The position numbers and the translations under genes are program-made. A stretch of DNA of 64,000 nt. It comes from the human T2T-CHM13v2.0 reference genome, Homo sapiens. Below the pieces are notes generated by a model, which was not told the DNA's origin, did not search any database, and saw only the letters and a program-made list of their open reading frames with translations. Position 1 is the stretch's first letter; each line of letters opens with the position of its first letter. Location: assembly GCF_009914755.1 (NCBI RefSeq), contig NC_060925.1; one strand, 5' to 3'. Shown piece by piece: positions 1 to 17,334 of the stretch.

Positions 1-28
1 CTGGGGTTTGCATTTTAAAAATACTCCA

Positions 29-213
29 GCCAGGCATGGTGGTGCATTCCTGTAGTCCCAGCTACCCAGGAGGCTGATGGGAGGATCACTTGAGCTCAGA
101 AGTTAGAAGATATAATGTGCTATGATCATGCCTGTGAACAGGCACTGCCCTCCAGCCTAGACAAACAGAGCAAGACTCCACCTCTTGAAAAACAACAACA
201 ACAACAACAAAAA
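29..213 (+). mobile_element. Fossil Alu monomer (FAM/FRAM-like) with (CAA)n tail
   Basis: Single Alu-like arm retaining 7SL-like GCCTGTGAACAGGCACTG. Confidence 0.6.
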
Positions 214-953
214 ACTCTAGGAGTACTATGCAGCTATAAAAGAAATAAGCTGATATCTATACCTATACAGATAGACACATTAAATATTTACGTATATTTG
301 AGCTTGTCCTATATTCTACAATGAAGAAATCTCCAGAATATATCCTTGAATGAAAAACACAGCATAGAAAATTCTGTATAATATGCTACCATTTATTATT
401 CATATATGAAAATATAGACACATTTACTTCTATTTTTTACAATGAAAAAATAAAAGATAATTTCTGTAATGTTTCCTATAGAAGGGAGAGAATAGGGCAT
501 TCTCCAGGACAGACCACAAAAAACTATACCATACACTTTAAAAACAAAGATATTCCTTCACTGACTTTTGGCTTGCATTATTATTGGAAGTCTTCTGTCA
601 GTCTTATCTTTGTTAACTTTGTGTATATCTTTTCCTTTGACTGTTCTTAAATTTTTCGATTTTCACAGGTTTTAAGCAATTTGATTTGATGCTTTCTAGT
701 TTTCTTCATGTTCCCTGTGTTTGGGGTTCAATGACTTCTTTGATATGTTGGTTTATGGTTTTCCTCTAATTTGGAAAATGTTGGTGGTTATTTCCTCAAA
801 TATTTTTGTCTTCTCTCCCCTCCCATTTCTGCCTTCTGCAGATTCCAATTACACGTTTTTTAGACTGCTTGAAGTTGTCCCACAAATCACTGCTCCTCTT
901 TTTTTTCCAGCTTTTTCTCTGTTTTGTTTTGCATAATTCCTACTTCTCTGGAA

Positions 954-996
954 TTCACTAGTATACAAGTTCACTAGTATACAAGTTCACTAGTAT
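954..996. repeat. 16-bp tandem repeat TTCACTAGTATACAAG x2.7
   Basis: Read directly. Confidence 0.9.
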
Positions 997-1321
997 TTTT
1001 CCTCTGCAATGTCTACTCTGCTGTTAATCTCACTCATTGCATTTTTCATCTAAGACATTATGCTGTTCATCTGAAGATGTTTGATTTAGGACTTTTCACA
1101 TGTTCCATATCTTTCCTTAACCTATTCATGCTTTCCTCTACTGTCTTAAACATATGAAATATAGGTATAACTTTTAATGACCTTCTATCATCTATATCAT
1201 TTCTAGGTCTCTCTCTACTGATTTTTCTCATGATTATGGGTCATATTTTCTAGCTTCTTACATGCTTGGTAATTTTTGATTGGGTCTAAATACTGTGACT
1301 TTTATCCTTGTTACATGTTAG

Positions 1322-1617
<296 letters not shown>

Positions 1618-2747
1618 CTCCTTTAAATATTCTTGAGCTTTGCTCTGAGATGCTTGAAAATAATTGATCTTTCTCAGGCTTCTTTCTAAGTTTTGTTAGG
1701 TACCACCAGAGAAAGCGTTAGTATTAGGGCTATTTTCCCCCCTACTACTAAGGCAATATCCTTCTGAGTACACTAGGGTGCCCATTTATTTATTTAGGAT
1801 GTTCCATTTATTATAAAGTATTTTCATTCAGCTGGTGGGAAGAAGAAATAGTCTATGCTTTGTGTGAGTGCTAGAGATATTTTACTTCATAAATACTTTC
1901 CATTTACTTTACTTTTTCTTCATTTTTTGTTAATAGCTCTAGCATTTCTCAAAAAATTTTAATCATCTGAGAAATGCCTGGAAAAATGGGTTTCATGGCA
2001 AGTAAGCTAGGAAACTGTATACATTCTCTCTCTCAGACACTTACAATGAATTTTAGCATATTAAAGCCTACCTAAACACTTCATAAAAGAAATTCTTACA
2101 ACTTTTCTAAACTAACTTAATGAAGACTAAAAGCTTCATTTCACATAAAATATATTACATCTCACAATCTTAGAAAATACTGTTTTTCATTTTTATTGCT
2201 TTCAATTTTGTTTCTCTTCAATTATTCTAATCTTTGGGGAAATTAAGGTGTTTTTTGTTGCAATGGTGATTATTGTTTTCTTCTTAATTCCCTGCATTAA
2301 ACAGAGTTATGATGGATTGATGGACAGATGGATGGATAGAAGCAATTTTGAGAGTGACCGAGCAAAGAGCATAGGCTTTGGAGTCAGACCAGTCTGACTC
2401 CAAATTCACACACTTTGAATTCACAAACTTTACAAGCCAGAGCAAGTTACTTCACCTCTCTATTATCTACAGAGAAAAATAATAACTTCCTTATGAGGTT
2501 GTGAAAACTAAATGAGATAAATTAAGCAACAAGCTCACAGCACATGCTCAGTAAGTCTCTTTTTCACATTTCCCTTTCAGTTAAATACAAAGGTTTCCAA
2601 TATAAATCGTCATTTTTTATAAATATCATCAGTACTAATATATAGTATAGCCTCAAATGAGTATTTATTCACGTTCATCTTTCACTTAGTAAATTCTATT
2701 TATGTGTGTGTGGGTATACATATACATATGCTATGTATAACTATATA

Positions 2748-2881
2748 GATTTCTAATAGAGGTAAAATCACTTCCCCAGGTACTGTTACAATTTAAAGAT
2801 TTGATCTTGATGTGATTTCTAATAGAGGTAAAATCACTTCCCCAGGTACTGTTACAATTTAAAGATTTGATCTTGATGTGA
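2748..2881. repeat. Perfect 66-bp tandem duplication
   Basis: 2748-2813 identical to 2814-2879. Confidence 0.95.
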
Positions 2882-3281
2882 CAGTGAATTGTTTAAAACA
2901 TTAAAAAAAGTAGATAGAAAAATATGGAAGTATTTCAAAATGTATTATATATTTATCTACTTGTTTTTCATTAATAACATCTGTATGAAAATAATCTGAA
3001 TCTATGTTCTTCTAATCCAGCTACTTACTTCCTCTTAAAAAATATAATCCTGCTTGGAATGGTTAGGATTCCACCTGCAGGGCTAAGATTTATTGTTCTC
3101 AGAAAAAGGCAACAAAAACCATCAAAAGAGAAAAAGACAGAACCCAGGGCCCCTTAAGGGGATGGGGAAGAAGGGAATAAACAATGAAAGATCAATTATT
3201 TTAATTCCAAGTAATTTTATTATAAATAATACTTCAGCTTCCCCAAAACACATTTGTGCCTCATTAAAGCCAAATGTTACA

Positions 3282-3750
3282 GGGCTGAACATGGTGGCTC
3301 ATTCCTGCAAGCCCAGCACTTTGGGAGGCCAAGGTGGGAAGATTGCTTGAGCCCAGGAGTTTGAGATCAGCCTGGGCAACATAGCAAGACCTAGGTTCTA
3401 TAAAATAAAATTTAAAAATTTAAAAAGAAAAAAAAAACTGTTGGCTGGCCACAGTGGCTCAGGCAGACTCATGCCTGTAATCTCAGCACTTTGGGAAGCC
3501 AAGGCAGGTGGATCACTTTGAGCTCAGGAGTTCAATACCAGCCTAGGCAACATGGTAAAACCCTGTCTACAAAAAATACAAAAATGTGTCGGGCATGGTG
3601 GTGCATGCTTGAGGTCCCAGCTACTAGGGAAGGTGAGGCTGGAGAATCACTTGAACCCAGGAGGCAGAGGCTGCAGTGGGCCAAGATCATGCCACTGCAC
3701 TCCAACCTGAGCAACAGAGTGAGACCCTGTCTCAAAAACAACAACAACAA
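3282..3750 (+). mobile_element. FLAM-like monomer (3282-3437) followed by AluJ-like element (3443-3750)
   Basis: Alu consensus; TGTTACAG flanks both sides. Confidence 0.85.
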
Positions 3751-4115
3751 ACCCTGTTACAGCCAGTTAACAATCACATGGTTTAGAAGTACTATAAGCA
3801 GATCTTTTAGAACAGCTCTTCAAGCATCTTTGCACACTGTAAACCATCTCTAGATAGCTTTGATTAATGAAATTACAAAGTACCTAATTTTCATTAGGAA
3901 ATAATGAACTTCCAAAGAAAGTAACTTTTGTTATTGCATCACTCTCAAAGTTCCTCATAAATCCTACTAATATAAGGATTTCAGTCCATGTCAGATAGAG
4001 GTGATCAGTTGATTACTGTAAACAAGATCCTTCCATAATTATAAAAGGCAAAGTACTTAAAGGATTTTTTAAAACTATTCCAGAAATTCTAATGCTTTTA
4101 ATAGAATCTTAAAAC

Positions 4116-4417
4116 CTGTGCTATCTAATATGGTAGCCACTAACCACATGTGACTACCAAGCATCTGAAATATGTGTAATAAGAACTGAGATGTGCAGTA
4201 AGTACAAAATACACACTACATTTCTTAGAAATTAAAGAAAACATTTCATTAATAATTTTTATGTTGATTACATGTTAAAATAATACTCTGGATACACTGG
4301 GTTAAATGAAATGTATTATTAAATTTAATTCATCTATTCTTACTTTCTTTAAAAGTAGGGCTACTTAAAATTTTTAAATTACATATGTGGCTCACACTCT
4401 ATTTTGGACATGTACTG
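4116..4417. mobile_element. MER33-like hAT-Charlie DNA transposon
   Basis: Termini ctgtgctatctaatatggtagccact... and ...atgtggctc...ttggaca. Confidence 0.7.
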
Positions 4418-4461
4418 CCCTAAACTCACCTCCCTTTATTCAAAGTCACACAAACTATATG

Positions 4462-4760
4462 CAGTTGTCTCTTGGTATCCATGGGGATTGGTTCCAGTAC
4501 CCCTCCCTTGGATACCAAAATCTGAGAATGCAAGTCTCGTCTATAAAATGGCATAGTATTTGCATATAACTTATGCACATCCTCCAGTATACTTTAAATC
4601 ATCTCTAGATTACTGATAATACCTAATACAATGTAAATGATATGTAAGTAGCTGTTATACTGTATCTGTTTTTTATATATATTATTTTTATTGTGTTGGG
4701 TTTTCTCCCGAATATTTTCAATTTGTGGTTGGTTGAATCTGGAAATGCCGAACTCAAGAA
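4462..4760. mobile_element. MER2 (Tigger-derived)
   Basis: ggtatccatggggattggttccag...gtatactttaaatcatctctagattac. Confidence 0.8.
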
Positions 4761-5819
4761 TATTAATAAAAATCCTACATTAACTCATTTGTGGTGAGAG
4801 TTTCAGTCAAATCACAGCTATCCAACTACACAATTTGGGTGTTATTTCTGGTAATCTTGGTCCTTCTCCTTATTACTCTCCAACAAAACCTGGGCACTTA
4901 TCAGACTATAATTTTGTTTACATACCTATCTTCTATCTCCCCTACTAGATTCTTATCTCTTGAAATGTAGGAACTGTCTTAAGTCATCTTTTTATCCCCA
5001 GTGCACAACACAGATACCTGTTCATATCTAATGCATATTCAAACTACTCTCACACCTTTTGCTCAAGTTGTTTCCTATGTTATTTCCTTGTTTATCATCT
5101 TCTCTGCCAGCCAAGATATTTCATTAACTAAAGCCTTCCTTAATTATCCCTACCCTCTAACCCTCGAAAGAGTTACTTACCTGTGTTTTCTTAGGACTTT
5201 GTATCTCAAAGTTCCTGAGATACTTATAAATTATAATGATTAGCACACTGTGTCTTTATATAGTCTCCTCAAGATATGACTGGTGTCTTGTCCATTTTTG
5301 TAGCTCTGTCATCTTATAACTATATCTAGTGTAGTTAATGGTAATAAATGTCTTTCAAAGGAATTAAATGATGTATCTTTAGTATATGTATAAATTAAAT
5401 CACTGTACATGCACTAGCAAAAATTCCAGTTTCATAACAAAAAATGTTGAAACATTTGGGCACCTAATAAAAATGGCAATAAATAGAGGACATCAGGAGA
5501 AAAAGGGAATTTTAAGGAAGAAAGATAAAAGAAAAAATTCAATTTGCTAACCAACCACATTAGTGATATTGTAATATACATCTGGTGACAAGTCCAATAG
5601 CAGCAACAGATACTAATTAGCAAAGAACTGAATTATCCCTGGCTCCCTTAACAAGAAATTAGGGAAGAGTCTCCACTCTGTTATTTCTAGTCTCCTGCTG
5701 GCTTGGTTTCCAGCATGTTCTCTCTACAGGTTGCACATACAGGATACTTGGCTTCCAAGTCTCTCTACTGGAACCTCACAAAACAAGCTACGTACATGAA
5801 AACTGTATAAAACTTCTAC

Positions 5820-6400
5820 ATAAGTATGGCAGCCCTCAAAAAATTAAATTTAGAATTAACATATGATCTAACAATTCCACTTCTGGGTATATATTCCAAA
5901 AACTAAATGAAAACAGGGATTCCAACAGATATTTGTATATCAACGTTCATAGCAGCATTATTCACAATAACCGAAAGGTGGAAACAACCTAAATGTCCAT
6001 TGATAGATGAATAAACAAAATGTGGTCTGTACATACAAGAGAGTATTATTCAGCCTTTGAAAGGTGGGAAATTCTGAACATGCTACAGTGTGGATGCACC
6101 CTGAAGACATTAATGAAATAAGCCAGACACAAAGGGACAAATACTGTATGATTCTACTTATATGAGGTACTAGAGTAGTCAAATTCATAGAGACAGAAAG
6201 TAGAATGGTGGCTGCCAGAGCTGGGGAATGGGGAAATGAGGAATTAAAGTTTAATTGGCAAGGAGTTTCAGTTTGAGAAGACGAAAAAGTTCTGGAGATG
6301 AATGGTGGTAATGGACACAAAGCAATTTCAATGTACTTAATTCAACAGAACAATACATTTTAAAATTATTAAAATGATAGATTTTATGTTATGTATACTT
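5820..6400 (+). mobile_element. L1MB 3' end
   Basis: aattccacttctgggtat...gagacagaaagtagaatggtgg...tttatgttatgtata. Confidence 0.8.
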
Positions 6401-6972
6401 CATTATGTATGCATGTTTACTTTCCTAAAATCCTGTTTAAGACAAGCCCTCAGTAATATCTAGTTGTGCTGAGATTTTCCTACCTATGTCATCAAAACAA
6501 AGTTTGCAAATATTTCCCTAGTGGATTTTATTTGGGCATTTACCATCTCAAGGGTAGAAATCTTCCTGCTTATAAATATTACTAATGGTCCTAAATAATA
6601 ATGTTTACATTTCACTTTTCCGTATTTTGAGCAAAGATGAACTGCCAGTTTCCACAAACCTCCTGAAACAAATATAACTACTACCCAACTAAAAAAATAC
6701 ATTATCAATATCTTTTAAGCCATCTGAATAATATTTCCTATTTTTTTCCTTTTTTTTTTCCTTTTTTTAATATACTTTAAGTTCTAGGGTACTTGTGCAC
6801 AATGTGCAGGTTTGTTACATATCTATACATGTGCCATGTTGGTGTGCTGCACCCATTAACTCATCATTTACATTAGGTTTATCTCCTAATGCTATCCCAA
6901 CACCAGCCCCCCACCCCACAACAGGCCCCGGTGTGTGATGTTCCCCACCCTGTGTCCAAGTGTTCTCATTGT

Positions 6973-10787
<3,815 letters not shown>

Positions 10788-10847
10788 GATGTTAGCTGGT
10801 TACTTTCCTCATTAGTTGATGCAGTTTCTTCCTAGCATCGATTGTCT

Positions 10848-11872
10848 TTACAATTTGGCATGTTTTTGCAGTGTCCAGTATTGGTTGTTCCTTTCCACGT
10901 TTAGTGCTTCCTTCAGAAGCTCTTGTAAGGTAGGCCTGGTGGTAACAAAATCTCTCAGCATTTGCTTGTCTGTAAGGGATTTTATTTCTCCTACACTTAT
11001 GAAGCTTAGTTTGGCTGGATATGAAATTCTGGGTTGAAAATTCTTTTCTTTAAGAATGTTGAATATTGGACCCCACTCTCTTCTGGCTGGTAGAGTTTCT
11101 GCCCAGAGATCCGCTGTTAGTCTGATGGACTTCCCTTTGTGGGTAACTCGACCTTTCTCTCTGGCTACCCTTAACATCTTTTCCTTCATTTCAACTTTGG
11201 TGAATCTGACAATTATGTGTCTTGGAGTTGCTCTTCTCGAGGAGTATCTTTGTGGTGTTCTCTGTATTTCCTGAATTTGAATGTTGGCCTGCCTTGCTAG
11301 GTTGGGGAAGTTCTCCTGGGTAATATCCTTTAGAGTGTTTTCCAACTTGGTTCCAGTCTTCTCGTCACTTTCAGGTACACCAATCAGATGCAGATTTGGT
11401 CTTTTCACATAGTCCCATATTTCTTGGAGGCTTTGTTTGTTTCTTTTTGCTCTTTTTTCTCTAAACTTCTCTTCTTGCTTCATTTCATTCATTTGAGCTT
11501 CAATCACTGATACCCTTTCTTCCAGTTGATCAAATCAGCTATTGAAGGTTGTGCATGCATCATGTAGTTCTCATGCCATGGTTTTCAGCTTCATCAGGTC
11601 ATTTAAGGTCTTCTCTACGCTGTTTATTCTGGTTAGCCATTCGTCTAATCTTTTTTCAAGGTTTTTAGCTTCTTTGCGATGGGTTTGAAGATCCCCCTTT
11701 AGCTCGGAGAAGTTTGTTATTACCGATTGTCTGAAGCCTTCTTGTCTCAACTCGTCAAAGTCATTCTCCATCCAGCTTTGTTCCGTTGCTGGTGAGGAGC
11801 TGCATTCCTCTGGAGGAGAAGAGGCACTCTGATTTTTAGAATTTTCAGCTTTCTGCTCTGGTTTCTCGCCAT
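10848..11872 (-). pseudogene. L1 ORF1, disrupted
   Basis: ATG at 11872 with an early frameshift; fragments 11571-11771 and 10848-11507 match ORF1p. Confidence 0.9.
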
Positions 11873-12905
11873 CTTTGTGTTTTTATCTACCTTTGGTCTT
11901 TGATGATGTTGACGTACAGACGGGGTTTTGGTGTGGATGTCCTTTCTGTTTGTTAGTTTTCCTTCTAACAGTCAGGACCCTCAGTTGCAAGTCTGTTGGA
12001 GTTTGCTGGAGGTCCACTCCAGACCCTGTTTGCCTGGGTATCAACAGCAGAGGCAGCAGAAAAGCAAATATTGCAGAACGGCAAATGTTGCTGCCTTATC
12101 CTTCCTCTGGAAGCTTTGTCTCAGAGGGGCACCCGGCTGAATGAGGTGTCAGTCAGCCCCTACTGGGAGGTGTCTCCCAGTTAGGCTACTCAGTGGTCAG
12201 GGACCCACTTGAGGAGGCAGTCTGTCATCCATTCTCAGATCTCAAACTCTGTGCTGGGAGAACCACTACTCTCTTCAAAGCTGTCAGACAGGGAAGTTTA
12301 AGTCTGCAGAAGTTTCTGATGCCTTTTGTTCAACTGTGCCCTGCCCCTAGAGGTGGAGTCTACAGAGGCAGGCAGGCCTCTTTGAGCTGCAGTGGGCTCC
12401 ACCCAGTTCGAGCTTCCGGGCCACTTTGTTTACCTACTCAAGCCTCAGCAATGGCGGACGCCCCTCCCCCAGCCTTGCTGTGGCCTTGCAGTTCGATCTC
12501 AGACTGCTGTGCTAGCAGTGAGCAAGGCTCCGTGGCCGTGGGACCCTCCAAGCCAGGCGCGGGATTAATCTGGTGTGCCGTTCGCTAAGACCATTGGAAA
12601 AGCGCAGTATTAGGGTGGGAGTGTCCCGATTTTCCAGGTACCGTCTGTCACAGCTTCCCTTGGCTAGGAAAGGAAATTCCCCAACCCCTTGTGCTTCCCG
12701 GGTGAGGCAATGCCCCGCCCTGCTTCGGCTCACACTCCGTGGGCTGCACCCACTGTCCAACAAGCCCCAGTGAGATGAACCTGGTACCTCTGTTGGAAAT
12801 GCAGAAATCACCCGTCTTCTGCATTGCTCACACTGGGAGCTACAGACTGGAGCTGTTCCTATTTGGCCATCTTGGAACCTCCTTTCACCTTCCTTTTTCT
12901 CCTAA

Positions 12906-13573
<668 letters not shown>

Positions 13574-13576
13574 CTA

Positions 13577-13918
<342 letters not shown>

Positions 13919-14109
13919 GGCAGAGTATTTAGAGGACCTGACGCACAACGAAGCACACTATTATTGTCAGTGCTTCAATGGTGACAACAACATCATTTCA
14001 AAAATACCACCAACTTCAAAATTATGGAGAGAGAAGGGCTTGAGCTGCCGCTAGACAAGTCACTATTACAGAAAGCACAGGAGACAGGAATGGTGTATTA
14101 AAGTGTTTA

Positions 14110-14285
14110 CGGTGTTGTCCTCATCCTTCCTACATCAGATTTACCTGAGATGCTTGTTTAAAATACAGGTTTTTAGACTCTGTCTCAGACTACTGAATCA
14201 GACTTTCTAGAAGTAGGATTCTAGAATCTACATTTTACAGAGTATCTTGGGTGATTCTTACATTGATTAAAGTTTGAGAAGCACG
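14110..14285. mobile_element. MER5-family DNA transposon
   Basis: tactgaatcagact...ggtgattct...aaagtttgagaagcac. Confidence 0.65.
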
Positions 14286-14939
14286 AGTATAGTGGAAAAG
14301 GAGCCTTGCCCACCACCTGCCCCATCTAGGTGGTGGTATTCTTAGAAAACCACTTTAACTCAGTGCAGAAGTTTTAGTGTTGTTAAAAAGATGATTGAAT
14401 TATACTAAACCTTACTAAGCTTAGTGTGTTGTTCTTTTTAACATCATTACTCTGGTTATCACAACCTACACAGATGCTTGAATTGGCAGTGTGTACTCAG
14501 AAAAATCATGTCTCTCTACTGTTTCCCAAAAGAAGTTGCCACATGACTCTACACTATGCAATCTACTCACATGTTTATAAATGCTTATAAATGCCAGTGC
14601 CACAGTGTAGGTGCATGCACATTTTGTCAAACAGCGGTTTAGTATTTGAAAATATCAATCAATTGCTTACCCATTCTCAGTTTCTTAAATAACTTTTCTT
14701 TAAAAGTTTTTGTTAAAACTTAAATTTAAAAAAAAGATGAAGTGTAGAAGCCACACCAAAACTGAATTCTGATAAACTATGTTTCATACAACATTCCCTT
14801 CATATAACAAGTTATGCATACATTCAACTCAACTAACAGAAATGAACCAGCCAGTTAGTGAATTGGGGCATTCAAGCCTTAAAAAGCCTTAAACATTTTG
14901 GTGCTGCATTTTTTAAAGCACCTCTAAAAACACTTATAA

Positions 14940-15330
14940 AAATGCTCTGTCACTTATTATAGCACTTACTACACAGTTTTATAATTGCCTGTTTGTGTGT
15001 CTCTCTTCCCCACTGTACTATACATGGCATGAGTGCAGGGATTATGACTATCATGGTCAGTGTTATAACCCAATACATAGCAAACTGCCTGGGACACAGT
15101 AGATTGTTCAATTAATACTTGTTAAAAGGATGAATGGATCGACTTTATACAAATACATTTCTTTTGCACTGCTCAGATATTTTAAACACATTAATTCATA
15201 ATTGCCTCATCATCCGTACAAGAGAAGGTACACCAATAAGAAAATACAAGCTTAAAGAGATCAAGTGGCATGTGCAACTTACTCAGCTACTTGGTGGCAG
15301 AACCAGAATCTGAATCTAAAGCCACAACAC
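14940..15330. mobile_element. L2 3' end and MIR fragment
   Basis: tgcctgggacacagtag...tgaatgg (L2); actcagctacttggtggcagaaccagaatctgaa (MIR). Confidence 0.55.
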
Positions 15331-15584
15331 CAAAGGGCTGAATCTATCCATTAGAGACCTTGCAGATTTCTTCAAGATGTTAACATCAAAAAAGGAAGAG
15401 AATCTGTATCACAGTTTTACAAAGACTTGAATTGTTTTCAAATTTCATCAAGAGTAAACTGTCAGCAACAGCAGATAATTATCAATCAAAATAATGACAA
15501 TAATATATGTCTTAATGAGTTTCTAACAGAAGTAGTCTGTACACATTATATTGGGGGAAAAAATGAGAAGGAAAGAATTTGTCT

Positions 15585-16200
15585 ATTACTTTCCAAAAGA
15601 CTAAAGATATCGTAAAGATACTAAAAAATAGTACTGATGGAACTGATGGATGAATATCCAAACAGCAGAAATAGAGCAGGAAGAACTTCCTAGACTTACT
15701 ATGGCCTGAGTAAACCATCCCCCAAACCAATGCAGGTAATTTGTTCTGTTTCCATGCTCACCAATCCATGTTCTGATGACCAAATTGGTTTTTCAGGTAT
15801 CCTACCAGGAAGAAGATGCTCTGAATAATGATTACAAGTCCTGTGGTCAATGTAAAAATGTCTATCTCTTTGTAAATTAATATTCCACACAACAGATCAA
15901 TCTCCTGTATATCTGTTACTCTGAATCTATTTACCAGAACATTAACACTGATGGATGACAGAAAAAAATCAAATATTTAAGTCTGCAAAGCAAAGGACGA
16001 GACCATGGATTCCTGATGACTCAGCCAAACTCTTATTTTTTCAGCCACATTTCACAGAAATATCAGAACCTGGTATTAACAGCTATGATTTAATTTTAGC
16101 AGTGTTTTAAAGTTAGATCTTCTCCATTCATCAAATACACCAAAGAGGAAATTTGGTTTATGATACCAAAGGCATGTAAATAAGTATACAAAACTATATA
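15585..16200 (+). mobile_element. Highly decayed non-LTR reverse-transcriptase relic (L4/RTE-X- or CR1-like)
   Basis: Broken-frame motifs ILKNSTDGTDG, QIGF, PGRRCSE, VYLFVN, WIPDDSA in RT order. Confidence 0.45.
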
Positions 16201-16926
16201 GGCCAGTAAGAAGCATTTTTAATATAAGCTAGAATAAAATCAATGCTACTCTCTAATTCTCTACCATCAATTCTTAATTCTTCTTCAAGCTTACCCACTG
16301 GCAAACTGCTTTTCCAAAACTATTCTAGTTAGTGCATCAAAACAAAAACCCTGATTTACTTAGCACATTTCATTTTGAGAATGTGACAGATAAAACAGGC
16401 AAAAGATGACAGACTTTATGCCTTTATGCTTAGGCTACTGAAAAACACAGTTATGCCTATTCTGTTATCTTCTGAGTAAATGTATCAATCACTGCGCATT
16501 TAATTATATTTTGTCTTACTCTACTATTTGCCTTATAATGTTATTCAACTTCTTTCTTGTCTATTTCTGATCCCTCCCACATAACTGAAAAAGCAATAGA
16601 AGGGACAATGTGCTATACTTAACATATCCCTTCTATCTCGCTATCAAAGTAATGTCCAAATGGTCATCCTAGACCTCCCCTTTCATCTCATTCCCTAGAT
16701 CCAAACAAATCACTATCAATATATGCATCCACCTTTTTCATATCCTTGTTTTCACCAGCCTAGACTAAGCATGTTTCTCTCTATCCTTGGATTTCTGCAA
16801 TAGTTTCCTAACTGGTCTTCCTAAATTATGAACTCCCAAATCAGCTCTCCACATTGCAAAGTTTTTAAAACACATCTGAACTTCTGGTTTTAGGCTCACA
16901 GAGGAAGATGCTTCTGTCCTCTTCTA

Positions 16927-17334
<408 letters not shown>

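Noticed and set aside
14380-14700. Repeat-free stretches (also ~39950-40370, 42540-42860, 56900-57400) as conserved enhancers
   Set aside because: Plausible, but conservation and chromatin cannot be judged from sequence alone.
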